A stretch of 64,000 nucleotides of DNA from Adineta vaga. Its lineage: Eukaryota > Animalia > Rotifera. How positions within the stretch are numbered: the stretch's first letter is position 1; each line of letters begins with the position of its first letter. Positions 38,758-53,293 of the stretch are shown here, piece after piece. The translations under genes were made by a program, and so were the position numbers. The notes under the pieces are model-generated. The model was not told the origin of the DNA, ran no database searches, and saw only the letters and a program-made list of their open reading frames with translations. Where the stretch lies: NCBI GenBank assembly GCA_021613535.1, contig CP075494.1, positions 8,680,001 through 8,744,000 of the forward strand, in the 5' to 3' direction.

Positions 38758-39278
38758 TACTTTAATTTATTCGTTGTGTAGAAATTTTGTCTTCATATAC
38801 CTTTATATCGTTATATTTATAGAGAGAATAAAAGTGTATTTTAATGTTGAGATAAATCAATTCTCTTTTCTTTTCCTGCATCATTTACATTATCGCGTTC
38901 GTGTTTTTTGTTCTGCAAATAATATAACGTAGAAGTATTGATATTTACTTAGGTATGTACTGTATGATACGTAGAAGAAACGAAATAACTATGATTCAAT
39001 ATACGTTACTTTTACATCGATGTTTTCAGTGTATTATTGATTGACTAATATATTGCTCATATTTATATTACATCAATTATTAACATTACGAAAAAGCATG
39101 ATATAGCTAGTTGCAGTTCGAAATATTGTTACTAAATCTGTCAAATTCTGTTCATTTTTGATACGAAACAATTTCTTGTCTATTAACTAATAATTAATAT
39201 CATTGACGTCAAATTGAAAAAGAAAAATATCGAAATACCTTCATAAAAAAAGCAAATAAATTTCTATATATATATATA

Positions 39279-39950
39279 CAGAGTAGTCAATAAATTATCG
39301 GACTTCTTTATATCTGTTCAGAACAACAATAATTTCTCTCTCTCTCCTTTACTCGTTTGACGAACTGATATACCGGAAGCCTAGCTCAAGGTGAATACAC
39401 TGAACAAGCCATAACTTTATTTGATTTATTTTAGAATAAAAAATAGCGTTATTCCTCGTGTAGCTTAAAGACCATTAATGAAACTGATCCGTAATGAATG
39501 CGATATTGTTAAGATAACTTTTGTCTTTGTGAACTTTTATATATTTGACTATGATAAATAGTATTGTCAGCGGCTATGGGAATTATCATATGGTGAAAAA
39601 TGACTAAAATCTCAGAAACGGCTGACCTATCCTACGGTACTTTGTACGGCATCTCATAGCACAGTCTAATATGTGCTAATGCTATCGTACTGAATCCATT
39701 TACTACTTGGCAGATTCATCCAAATTTTAGGATCTAAAAAACTAGTAAAATTTCATTGATAACGAAGGTGGCAATGTTTTATCCAATATTTATCTCGATA
39801 GGCTATGAAGAGAATCATCAGTTGGAACGATGAACTTTCAATACAATATCACAACAACTAACTTGACTATATGATGTGAAAAGAGAGAGAGAGAGAGAGA
39901 GAAATTATTGTCGATCTGAACGTATATAAAGAAGTTTGAGAATTTATTGA
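39279..39950. mobile_element. Degenerate, internally deleted Tc1/mariner-like element
   Basis: Starts TA|CAGAGTAGTCAATAAATT. About 60 bp of imperfect inverted repeat, including (CT)n/(AG)n, at 39287-39346 versus ~39890-39950. Internal KISETADLSYGTLYGI resembles the mariner HTH. The right terminus is eroded. Confidence 0.65.
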
Positions 39951-40849
39951 ACTTGCATGATCATATGGAGCTTGCTACAGCAACTTCATGTGCCTTGCGT
40001 ATATGATATGTATAGCAAGACTGTAATCGATATCCATCGGTAGTTGCAGAAAAAAGGTATAATAAAGAATAGACGTTCTCATGTAGAACAGATTCGAATG
40101 AATATATTTTGCATCTAACAAATAGAATTTTTCTCTGTTCAATGAGACATCAAATTTCCAACGAGTGGTTCATACTAATTCAATAGCAAAAAAAGGAGAG
40201 ATCTCTATTCTTAATAAAATTTTGTGAAACAGAACAACTTTGTTATATAAATAGTGAAGTAATTGAAAAATAGGAAAATGCATGTAAAAATATTACATCG
40301 TACATATTCAGCATACCTGATCACATTATCGTAAGTATTGATTGGTATTTGTACTTTACATTGTATAATGACATAAATTATAGATATAATATTACTGCTA
40401 CTACACTTAAGTATTAAGTGTGGATCAGTTATTTTTATATTTTTGTCTCTACATTCTCCATAGACTTTATTCATGTTAAATAAATGCATGCTGATACATT
40501 TGCGTTCAAATTCGTGAATTAAATTAAATTAAATCGATACGATTAATTTGTATGATGTATGTGAATGAAGTATAACAACAGTCGTAATACAAATATATGA
40601 AACTCAAAGTTAAGAAAGACGGATATATTGATTTTGTTTTCATTACTATATCAAGTCTATTGATTCAAAAACAATCCGCAGATGTCAGTCAACGACCATT
40701 GAATTACAAATAAACTCATTGGTTAACTTATTTTTACCATCCTATCTACGTTACTCAATCAGCTGTATTTTCATGTTGATCTCTCCTTGCTTTTTACTTT
40801 CGTCGTTTTTCTCGTTTAGTTACTCCACTCACTGAGAAAATCATCAAAA

Positions 40850-43800
40850 ATGAAAGTTATTATCGACCGAATTCGTGCTACTTTACCAGCTGTCAATGAT
40901 GATATTCTTGGTTATATTACCGGTTTGTCCTTTCTTCTATATTCTTTCTCAAAACAGTTTGTAATTTCTTTTGTAGACATTCTTGAAACAAATAAATCCG
41001 ATTATTTTGATTTTCAAGAAGTCGAAGATGCACTAAGACCTATTCTTGAAGAAGTTGCTCACAATGATAATGAACAAAAAGCAATCACAGAACTTTGTCA
41101 ATTTGTTTGTGATCAATTGAAATTGTAATTATTGACTATTTTCAGAAATTTCTCAAATAATCTCGAATATTTTTCTACTAGAGAAACATTTTCGAATGGA
41201 AATAGTTCAATGAATGAACCAAAAAAATTGTTAACACCAGTTTCGATAGGTCATTTTTCTGGAACGATATTTGAGGAAGTTTCATCGGCTTTATTCAATA
41301 TGAATGATCGCACGTTGATTAAGCCATTAAATGAAACAACTACTGTATCACAGAAAAAACTTGAAAAAGTTGAAGCTAAACTTCGAGAAAAACAAGAAAA
41401 ACGTGCCCGTGATGTAGTAACAAACGGTGAAAATAAGTATGTTAACAAAATATTTCTATTTTTTAATTCATTCGAATATTTGTAGAGTACAAGTACAATT
41501 AGAAGATGCAGTTGTTAGTCAAGCAACAAACAAACGACTATTAACAGATAATGAAAATAGTGATTCGACGAATAAATCGTAAGGTCGTATTTTGTTAATA
41601 GGATTATTTTTTTACTTCTATACAATTAGATTTGATGTTCATATTGATAATTTTGATGTATCCTATGGAAACAAGTAAGATGGTGATACTAATCGATTTT
41701 CATAAAAATTATTATCTGTATATTAGAATGTTAATTCTCGGTGGTACTCTGGATCTGATCTATGGCCGTCGATATGGTTTTGTTGGACGAAATGGTTTGG
41801 GTAAATCAACATTATTACGCGTCATGGCTAAGTAAATTTTCATATAAGAAAAACATCAGATTTCACGCTATTTTTGATATAATTTCTGTATTTTTAGTCG
41901 AAGTCTTGTACTTCCATCTCATATTCGAATTTTACATGTTGAACAAGAAATCGAAGGTACCGATACTCTCGCCCTTCAAAGTGTTCTCGAATGTGATGAA
42001 CGACGAAATGCATTGTTAAATGAAGAAAAAGAATTAAACAAAAGATTACAAATAAGGTAAATCATTAGCTAATCCTTCTTGCACTTGATCATAATTGAAT
42101 ATTCATTCCAGTGGTGGTTCATCAGCAGCTCAAGATTCATACATATCAAAACGTTTAACAGCCATTTATGGTGAATTAGAGGCTATTGAAGCCGATAAAG
42201 CTGAATCAAGAGCAGCCGTAATATTGAATGGTCTTGGTTTTACGCCACAAATGCAAGCCATGGCCACAAAGTATAATCACACTATACCCATGAATTCTCA
42301 TATCTATTATTTCTCTTTTTAAATAGACAATTTTCTGGTGGTTGGAGAATGCGTTTGGCATTAGCACGAGCTCTCTTCTCAAAGTAATTATGATTGATCT
42401 TCATTGATATTGAGTTTATTTCGACTAATTCTTTAGACCTGATCTTCTCTTACTCGATGAACCGACAAACATGTTAGATCTCAAAGCAATTATTTGGCTT
42501 GAAAACTATTTGCAAACATGGAAAAGTACAATTTTCGTTGTTTCTCACGATCGAACATTTCTTAATACTGTTGCAACCGATATTCTACATTTAAATGCAC
42601 AAAAACTCGATTCTTATCGGTAAATATCTATTCAACTGATCACATTCTTAAAACTATTATTTCTTTTCTTTTCATAGAGGTAATTACGATACATTCGTTT
42701 CTGCTCGAACAGAACGTCTTAAAAATCAACAACGTGAATATGAAGCACAAAAAGACTATCGAGATCATATTCAGGTTTGCTTGATTCATTGAATTATTTG
42801 AATATGCGTTCGAAATCTTCTCGAAAGTTGAACAAAGCAATCTTTTTCTTCATATAGGTATTCATTGATCGTTTTCGTTATAATGCTAATCGTGCAGCAC
42901 AAGTACAAAGTAAACTTAAACTATTAGAAAAATTGTAAGCTTAATCAACAATTATTTCTTCAATGAAACAAATTTTTATTCTCTATTAGACCGATACTTC
43001 GACCAGTGGAAAAAGAACAAGAAGTTCATTTTCGTTTTCCTGATCCTGAAGCATTACACGGAACTATTCTACAATTAGATGATGTTGCATTTTCTTATTC
43101 AAAAGATAGACCATTAATATTGAATAATATCAATCTATCAGCTAATCTTCAATCACGTATTTGTATTATGGGTGAAAATGGATCAGGTATGAACAAATCT
43201 AAGATTTCGTTTTATTTTTCAAATTCTTCTTTATTTTTAAGGCAAAACAACTTTATTGAAATTATTAGTTGAAGAATTGGAACCATCTAAAGGTCAACGA
43301 CATGGTCATCGAAATTTAGTAGTTGGTTATTTTACACAACATTTTGTTGATCAATTACCAATGAATGTGAATTCGGTTGAAGTTTTACAATCGAGATTTC
43401 CCGGTAAAACAGTCGAACAATATCGTGCCGATCTTGGTCGATTTGGTATCACGGGTGATACAGCTTTACAAACCGTGATGAGTTTATCAGGAGGACAAAA
43501 ATGTCGTGTTGCATTTAGTTTAATGTGTATGAAGAAGTATGTATAAGCTTTTGGTTTTCTTATTGAAGATTATTTGTTTCATCTGTTTAGTCCACATATC
43601 CTCGTACTTGATGAACCGACAAATCATCTTGGTAAGATAAATTTCTTTTCTTTTCTATTATATTTCATTTGATTTCCTTCCGTTAGATATGGAAACAATC
43701 GAAGCATTAGCAGAAGCAATAAAGAAATTTCAAGGTGGTGTTGTACTTGTCTCTCACGATGAATTAATGATAAAACGAGTTTGTACGGAAGCATGGCTTT

Positions 43801-43880
43801 GTCGAAATGGTAATGTGACTTCACTTGAATATGGTTTTGAACAATATAAGAAATTAATCGAAAGTGAATTACAGTATTAA
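40850..43880 (+). CDS. ABCF3: ABC-F family member 3 (GCN20-like)
   Basis: ABCF3-type N-terminus ([13 protein letters not shown]); two ABC domains [63 protein letters not shown]; no transmembrane segments. Confidence 0.93.
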
Positions 43881-44160
43881 TATAACGATCAACCGTTTAT
43901 TTGTTATTTGATTTGAATAAATGAGAGAAAATGGAGAGAAGAATTGACCGAACTCATCTTTAATAATACTATTATATAATTCGTAGATATCAATGATTTT
44001 TAATTGATTTATGCAAAAAAAAAGAATCATCGCCTTGCTTGTTTTTCAATAATTCAAAAAGAAAACGAAAAAGCAATTCATATCAGTAGAAGCAAGAAGT
44101 AATACAAAATGAACGTACAATAAATTTATATAGGAAAGCAAATAAATAGGAATAAAAATG

Positions 44161-47100
44161 TTAAAATCTTGACGAAGTCGTCGGTGCTGACTGTCCTGTA
44201 AGTGTGCCAATCTAAGGAAGAAAATTTCGGATAGTTCAAAGAATAGTTTCAATGAAATATTTACTTCTTTTTGAACAAGTTTTCTTTTTGTTAGACAAAC
44301 ATCAGCTTTTTTCGAGTCATGTCTTTGATGATAGTCACGTGCTTCTTGATCATAATGATCAATCAATTCTTCGAGGCCACGTATATGTTCTAGAAAAGAA
44401 AATTCTATTTCGTAAACAAACAAAATTAATAAGAAGTATACCATTCACAGCGTGTTTTCCTCCTGTACGCAACGATTGAACAAGTCGTTCGCTTTGATCT
44501 TCAATTTCTCGAAGTTTCGTTTGTAACTGATGAAGTTGTTCGGATGTGAGACGATCTTGTAATTGTTCAATCTATTTATCAAATTATAGAAATATTTCTT
44601 TGAAAATTTCTAGAAAAAGAACCTGTTGCTGAAGGCGTGATGCTTCATAATTAAGCACTTGTACACTTTGTGGAGTTGTTGATACTGGTACAACTACTGG
44701 TTGATGTTGATGACTTCGTCGCTGTTGACGATGATTTTGTTCTATTACAGTCGATCGACTGTAAAACAATGAAGATATGAGATAGAAAGCAATGAAAAAT
44801 AAACACATCAAACAACACAGGGTAAAGAACATGCATGACTTGGAACACACGAATGCAATTGTTCATTTGGGAAACTTTAGCACGTGAATACCTGTTATCT
44901 GTTACTACTTCATCTTTAGTTTTAGTTTCTGCCATATTTATAGCCAATTGGCTTAATGCTTCGCCTGTAGGAACTAGACGAGCAATAGCAGTAATTGCTG
45001 GTGCTGACGATCTGAATTAGGTATGATGATAGAAAATATATATCGAGTGATGTGATATCACGAACAACAATTATCTTCTCATTCAGAAAGGAAATCAATA
45101 GACTTTGTTGTTTTCAACGTACCTTGATGTCGATGATGATTTATGACTTTGTGGCTAGAAGAAATATGTCGAATAATAATTTGAAAATGATTAATATAAA
45201 ACTTACAAGATCTTGAAAACTATCGATAACTAACCATCGTTGCGGTAATATATCCGATGCTTTTGATTGTCCCAACGCTTCTCGAATACGTAATTTAACT
45301 TCTAATTTGCCTTCAATTTTTTTCTTATGTTCACTTTCATATAAATCAACAGATTCATGTATTGTACATGTTTGTTCCAATTCAGCTAATTTCATAGATG
45401 CTATACCTAGAGGACGATCCGATCGAAGAAAACCAGCTTTATAGAAAACGCCAAGTTTTAATTCTTTTCGACTCATCAATCGTTTAAATTTTGCATCATT
45501 TCGTTTAATGTAAAACTTATATATGGATTCAGAATATTCAGCATTTGTCGATCCTACAGCATGACGAGTCCGAGCTGTTTGAGGAGTTTCTGTTGGATAA
45601 GGAAATTCGACAACAACATAAGTTTCAAGTGATGATGAAGAACTTCCTGATGGTACAGGTAAATTTATACCGCGTATTATATTGACCTAGAAGAGAAAAG
45701 TTTTTAATTGATTTGAATGTATCTCATCAATCGAAAGTATCTGGTGATTCTAAGAGTATCGACATGTCTTTTTTGTTGATTTGAATGTTTACCTCAATAT
45801 CATTTTCTCCGAGATCATTATTCGATTGAATAATATTCATTTGTCTTCGTTCATAATGAAATAGTGGCGGTTTTAGACCATGTTGAAAACATTGTCTTAA
45901 TTTTTCAAGATCCTGTGCACAACGTTGTTCAAGATTTCTATATTCTTTTGCATGTTTTAAACTGTTTGCTTCTTCCATTTTGGCATAGATTTGTTCATTA
46001 CGTGCACATAATTGAATTTGTTTAAGAAGATCGTCTTGTAAACGACGGAAAATTGTATCTCGATCTGCATGAGCTAAATCTTGTGTTAGATCATCATCAG
46101 TAACCAAATCATTATTATCGTCGTCAGGTAATTTAGGTACCTAAGAAATATATACATCTTATTTGCAATAAATTACAATTGTCTTACTTGACTCATATCG
46201 ATAGGTAAACCTGCTTCGGCAGCAGCAATCATTTGATCTAATCCTTTATATGCAATAAGAAATTTTTTTGCTGTTTCAGTATCACCTAGAATTAAAGCGA
46301 TCAAAGAATTAATACATGAATAAGAGAAGATAGAACATATACCTTGTTGTTTTGCTTGTGCAGCTAGTTTATAAAACTTTTCTTGTTTGAGACGAAGTAT
46401 TTGAGCTTGTTGACTTTTTCTTGTACCTAAATAGAAATAGAAATCAATTAAATTGAGAGGATAGAATTGAGCTAACTTGTTGAACTAGTCAATGCTGCTT
46501 GAGGGCCTGGTCGTTGTTGTCGCGTTTGAATATTTGATGGTGCCGGCTTTGCTGTTGAACTCGATGAGACTGAACCAGAGGATTGTGCTGTTGATTGTTG
46601 AACAGGAATAGGTGCGAAACCTGGCAAATCGGGTAGTTCATTGTAATCGTATGTGCGACCTTTACGTGTAGCATCAATGGCTTCTTCATATTGCTACACA
46701 AGAGAAGAAATATGGTATAGTCGTATCAAGTATATAAAGTTGTGTATATTAACACTTTCTTCAAGAATGACAATACCTTAGATAATCGTTCCATTCGTCT
46801 TGCTTTTGATGAATCGCCTTTGGTGGCAGCTTCTTCACCACGTTTAGTTAACTCTTCATGCCGTTGTTGTAGTGCTTCCATGACTGTATGTGGTTCGGGA
46901 GCTTTTACTATACATAGTTAACCAATGATTTAATATTGATGAAATAGAAATTTTAGTTTACTCACATGGTAAAGGTGGTGGTGGAGCATCATCATCTTCT
47001 GGGACATTATCATATGTTTCCTTTTGAGTAGGTGGAGCAGCAATACTTGCTTTACCTTGCAATGTCTATTTGATAGGAAGAACTAAATAATTATAACTAT

Positions 47101-48345
47101 GAAATAAAAACTTTACCCTTAATTGAAGAATATATTCTTTAGCTTTCGCCATATCTCCTTTTTGTTTAGCTTGTAAAGCTAATGCTTTCAATCGGGAAAT
47201 AGCTGGATCTGAGTCTGTTGTTGTAGTAGGAGGTACTTGTGCTAAAGAAATCGGCAATCCATTATTCGATTGAATATAATTGAATTTAAAAAACTAACTT
47301 ACTTCTATATACTACCGGATTATTTACTGTAGGAGCTGGCTGTGGTAATGGAACAGCACGTGGTTGTGATGGATGTGGTACAGGTACAACACGTGATTGT
47401 GATGCAACTGGTGGCGGTGGTTGAGGTACAGGTGCAGCGCGAGGCTGTGGTACAGGTGGTGGTGGTGGTTCGTTTGATGCGATAGTTTTGGCTGGAACGG
47501 AAGCTGCTGATGAAGCTATGAATACTTCAGGTGGAATATCACTTTCATTTATGGGTGCACCAGCACGAGCTGATTGAAGTAGTTCTTGAATAGTCTAAAT
47601 ATTTGAAATGATTTTGAAAATTATTCTATCAAATATTTAGTAGCGTACTTTTAGTTGTCGATCTAAACGTCTAGTTTTAGAAGCATCACCACTAGCTTTG
47701 GCAGTTGCTACTGCTTTATTATACATATCTTGACGTCCTTCAAGTAAAGATATCATATTTCCACTGGATGCTGCTTGTGGTTGTCTTGGTTGTTCATGTG
47801 ATTCACTTTCAATGTCTTCAGTAATTTCATTTAGTTCAGCCTATATAATCCAATCGATTTAAAAAGAAAATGATTTAATATATCTACTGACCAAAAGTTC
47901 ATCCTCATCAACATCAGAGAGTTCATCATCATTGATTGGTCGATCAATATCGTGAAGAAGTTTATTTACATCATTATGAAATACTTTAAGATCTTGTGTT
48001 GTTCCACCTATAGTGATACAAATTAGATTTCGTTTTCCAAAGAGTATGATCATATATTTTATATAAACCTGGCTTTCGTTGATTAGCTTTCGATCGAGAA
48101 TTACTACCCATTCCTTGTTGTAACTTTTGCAATTCAGCTTCAAGATCATCATCATCATCACCGTCATCGCCACCCATACCCATTCCTGATTCATCAAAAT
48201 TTGGTATTTGAAAACCCATCTATTTGAAAGATGAATACGTCATAACAATTCATACTTAAACATTCACTATACAAACCTGTTGCATGAGAGCGGCTCCACC
48301 ACCTGGCTTTCTTGCTGGTTTACTTGGCTTGCTACTTTTGAACAT
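44161..48345 (-). CDS. CC2D1: Coiled-coil and C2 domain-containing protein 1 (Lgd/CC2D1)
   Basis: DDDDLEAELQKL; repeated DM14 units (GDASKTRRLDRQLK, GDMAKAKEY, GDSSKARRMER, GDTETAKKFL...GLPIDMS); C2 domain (ETYVVVEFPYPTETPQ...FYKAGFLRSD...GKLEVKLRIREAL...RWLVID). Confidence 0.9.
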
Positions 48346-48643
48346 TCTCGAAATATAACAGAATAGAAATGAAAATGAATATATCAATCAATCAATCCAT
48401 GAATAATATTTGTGTAAGTGAAACATATGACTCATAATTTAATGATTGGCTTGCATGATATATCCAATCTAACAAACGTGAGTCGCTACTATCGGTTGCT
48501 CATCAACAATTTGTTCTATATTATTGAGTTACTGAATCAGTTGAATGACGTGCTACATTACATATCTTTTATATATGATAGACGACGTTTGAGGAACTTT
48601 CTTAATACTGTAATCTATGATATTTTTATCATCGTGCACTACT

Positions 48644-49310
48644 TTAAGGTGAAGATTCATTAGACTGTTCTTCTCGTTTTGATTGCACTTGAATTAAATT
48701 TGCTCCGCTAATGGAATCTTTATTCATTCAGAAATATTTGGACTCCCATCAACTATAATGATCCGATTATCGAGTCCAGCAATATTACAAAAAAATGTAG
48801 TTTAGTATGGAAACTTAATAGAATACACAAATTGTAATCCTACGCATAGAAAATAGCAGACATTTGCACTTTCAATTTCTGACGTATGTATGTCTTGCAC
48901 AAATCTGCTCCATAAGAAGTTTTAATTTGACGTCATTAGAAGGAAAGCTGCTCTAACGCTCGGTACAAAACAAATAATTGATCTTTTTTTACACTTCAAA
49001 CACATCGTCAGAACATTGTGTGTGTGTGTGAGAAAGACAATTCATGTACTTTCATTAACTATTAACGCTATTTTATTCGGTCTACTAGCGCGTACCCGTG
49101 CACTCTATGGCTATTTTTATCAGAATTCTGTGGAGTTCTTTCATAATCTTAACTTGATAGAGACTGCCAACTATTGAATGTGCACACAGACACCGATTTT
49201 AGACTTAGTACAGAGAAACACACATATACACACACTGAACATTACACATAGATTGGGTATGCTTCTAACGTCATTGTCTAAATTCGAGGTATTTTTTTAG
49301 CTTCACTTAA
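48644..49310. mobile_element. Possible old TTAA-flanked (Kolobok-like) non-autonomous element
   Basis: Left TTAA|GGTGAAG...TTAGAC and right GTCTAA...CTTCAC|TTAA form short imperfect inverted ends in an otherwise gene-free interval. Confidence 0.25.
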
Positions 49311-49979
49311 GTTTTAACAAGAAAAAATAAAGATGGAAAATTTCATATTATTCGAGCCTTCTTCATCTTAATTACAGAAGTTTTCCTCTGATAAATTCAC
49401 TTTATTGTATTCGAAAACTATATTTAATAAGTGCAACAGTCGCTTATTCATGTTTATTTATATTTTATTTTATATATTAATTTATAGTCCTTGTTACTCG
49501 ATTAACAGAACCAAAAATATACTTTTTAGTTGCATGTTGACGTTAACCTTTCCTTTTTCTTTATCACTTTATTGAAAGTACGCATTTTCAATAAGTAAAA
49601 ATGCATTGGTTAAACAAACTGAAATATTTGTCGATCTATTTGAAAGTATATATGAATAAAGAATGCAATTCAATTAACAGACTTGCAATGTTCTTGATTA
49701 TGAAAAATAAATTATGTGCATAGATGTAACATGTGAGAACTATATACTTTTATAACAAAACGAGTTGGTTTCACACAAACGTAATCCTTCAATTAACTTC
49801 TGAGTTCGTAATAGAACCAAAAGAAAAAATACTTTAGTAATGCATCCTTTTGAGCATCAATGAAATTTGAAGTAGTAGATATCTTGTTAACAAGAGCTAT
49901 ATATATATATATATATAAACGGTGTTCAAAGGAAATTGAAGGTTTAAATCTTTTATTCAATTCACAACTAAATCATTTG

Positions 49980-51349
49980 TTACAGATCGTTTATTTCACT
50001 TTGAAAAAGTCTAACAAGTTGACCATGATCATCTCGATTATTTATCACATCAAATATGTCAGCATTAAGAATTTGTTGACGAAGAAAATGTTGAATAAAT
50101 CTGACTGAATAGATAATTGTATTATACGTTCCTAATCGATATATCACATATTTCCATAGAAGTGTTATATAATAATTTTGAGCTAAGACAAGTCGTTTTG
50201 GAAATGGATAAAAATCAGTTGAATGATAGTTGTCTTTTTTGACTAATGGATATGTACGTGAAGAAAATGCAAGAATAATAAGATACAATTTGATAATTAT
50301 GGAATCATAAGATGAAAAAGTTTCATATATATGCAGATGTTCTTCTAATTGTTGAAGAATATTTTCGGTAAGAACAGATTCAAATAAACAACGATCATAT
50401 TCCCATGGAATACTTTTTAATACATTACATTTGATTAATTCACTTATATTAATAAGTATTGTTGTATGAAGATTATTTCTAATATATTCGTAATCACTTC
50501 CAGTACATGAATTAAATTCCAGTATACGTTTCATAAATGAAACAATAATCATAAGATATTTCTTCGTTAAATCAACTAGTCGTTGTAATTTTATTCGTGA
50601 ACGATATGGTTGTGTCGTAATTATCAGAGGAATTCGTTCATGAGAAGTAAGAAATTGTTTAATGCAATATTCGTTATATGCATTTTGTATATTTGTTAAT
50701 AAATTCCAATCATCAGATGATAAAACTGATTCATTATCTGATATTAAAAAATCCATCTAGAAAGAAATCCAAGTAAGATTTTCTTAATTCTTAAGATTTA
50801 ATAACTCACTGTCGTCATTCTTGGAGATTGAGATTCACGATAATAACGATTAATCATCATTCCCGATGTTGCTTGTTTAATAGCAACTAAGCTTCGAATA
50901 AGTTCTTTTTTCATTCCTTGTTTAAAACATTTATTTAAACGACATGCAGAACAATGCCGTCGAGTTAACACAGTAATTTCACATGAGCCAGCTACTCGGC
51001 ATGTAAAACGAATCTACGAACAATGAAAACAATTAGTATTTGAAAAAGAATGATACTTTTTTTATAATCAACCTACATGATCATTATAAGCATTTCGACG
51101 GAAAAAAGCTTAAAAAAAAACACAATAAAATTTTGTTTTAAAAATATTTATACTCTGTTACCTTTACAAGATAAGCAGGTGTACGCATCAAAATTTCTTC
51201 CTAAATTGAAATAATTTCTTAAAAAAATGCCGAATTATATAAATAGAATCACCTATTGCTGATGCTCCACAAATGACACAAAGAGCACGTGAGTCGAACA
51301 TTGCACACGTGAGTGTTGATTTGAGACGTTGTGATGAGTCGTTTGCCAT
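49980..51349 (-). CDS. Nuclear hormone receptor, NR1I/J (HR96-like) type
   Basis: C4 zinc fingers over small exons: CVICGASAIGRNFDAYTCLSCKAFFRRNA...FTCRVAGSCEITVLTRRHCSACRLNKCFKQGM; divergent ligand-binding domain (LSSDDWNLLTNIQNAY...QNYYITLLWKYVIYR). Confidence 0.88.
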
Positions 51350-53293
51350 ACAACTATACAACAGAAACTAACTATTTTTCTTTAAGAAGAAAGAAAGAGA
51401 TCGCTCTTTTCCTCTTTCTACTCTCTCTCTCTCTCTCCTTTTGTCTACTAGAAACGTGAATGCATGCGAGTTTATTCCTAAAATACTTCAATTATATATT
51501 TTTTTTTGTTCATTGTTTATGAAAAGTAGATTTCTCGATCCGCTGTCGTTTGTTGTAATCTGAAAGGACGTCTTATTCGTCTCGTGTATTCTTTTTAAAC
51601 TTGACAAAAATGATGTATATTTACATGTCACTTTATTTTGAAACAAATGAGATGCACGATTCTTACTTGAATTTCGACATAAGTATTAAAAAAAAGGAAA
51701 TTTATTCACGACGTTATATACAATATAACATCCGTCTCGGACCATTCGCAGAGACATATATGACATTTTTAAAATAATCTTATGAAAAGGAGAGAAAAAG
51801 GAAAACTATGGAAGAACAAAATTCTTTGTGCTCGATGTTTTTTCTACCTTTCTGCTTTTCTGTTATAGAGCGTGGTAGAAAGAGATTTAATGTGAGAATA
51901 AATAACTACATCAAATTGACGTCTATCTTTTCATCGAGGGAAACATTTTTCTGTCGACATAGATTTAATTACAATAATATTTGGAAAATCTCGTGTCTAG
52001 AACAACATGTACTTGATATTTTTTTCAATATTAAGATGGAAAATTTCTCATAAGAAATAAATGAATATCAAGATGAAATAAACATTTGTTCTTTTGATTT
52101 AAATCATATCAGAAAATGCTATTTTGAAAATGGAAAAGAAGACAAATTTTTATTTTTATGTTCGCATTTTCTTCGTATGTAAACTAGGTTACATGAATAT
52201 AATTAATATCCTAAAAGGGAATTTCAATTATATCGTTTGCAGGATCAAACCAAGCTGTACATGATTATAAACGTACTTAACCGTGAGATACTTTTAATGA
52301 AACACCCTTAAAAAGTGCATGAATACTTATTCTTTATCATATAAATAATTATAAAGTACTAAAATCCTTTCTTAGAAACTCAGTCATATGATATAGAAAC
52401 ATTGACGAACATGTTACCTTGAAAGTTAGTCATTTGAGAAAATGGATTTTAATGATATTGCATTGAAAATATACTCCAAATATTATGAAAGAATCACTGA
52501 TACGGACAATTTAACATATGTTTAGCACGTGAAATTCACGAGAAATTATCTTTTAATAGCAATCAAGATCGCGTATTATATTGAAAATTTAGATAAAATT
52601 GTGAAGAAATAGAAGTAGAGAGATGATTTTTGCTTTGATTTCGAATTGAAAGGTATCTCTTATAGATCGTTCAATGAATTCTAACCGACGTAAAAGCTCT
52701 TGAAGATAAAAACAAGAATTATTAACAAATATGCTATGATAGAGAACGATCGGAATGTCTGGCAAGACACTTGAGTAGCTGTATTTTGATATTATTATAC
52801 TGATAGGATTTTATCATTTCAATATTGTAAGTATTTTCTTATTCATAAGATTCAAATCCATTCAGCAGTGTTGTTTTCTTTTCCTAATCGAATATTCTAT
52901 TTTCATCAAAAGATTTTCGTACTAAATAGAAAAAGAACGGATGTATAGAATTGTGTGACTTTCTATTATTCGATAAGTTTTATATTCGATAGATAAACAA
53001 CCATACAATTATTCTATGATTTTTATGGTCATAAATGAATATAAAAAAGCCGAATTGATCACATACAATATAAACATATAATAGATAGAAGATGTGCGAA
53101 CTGTCGTGTAGATATACTTGATAGAAATTACTTTTATCGAAAAGGAAACTATAATAGATTTATGAGTAAGATGAAAGTAACAATCTTTAATCTTTGATAT
53201 AGGTTAAAAAAACGTAATGGTTTGAGAACGATGACAGCTGGTAATTCATATACATATTTTCGGTAAATCTTATATTCAAAAATAAAAAATTTT

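Noticed and set aside
39375-39435. PPR-like peptide SLAQGEYTEQAITLFDLF inside the mariner relic
   Set aside because: Too short to separate from chance.
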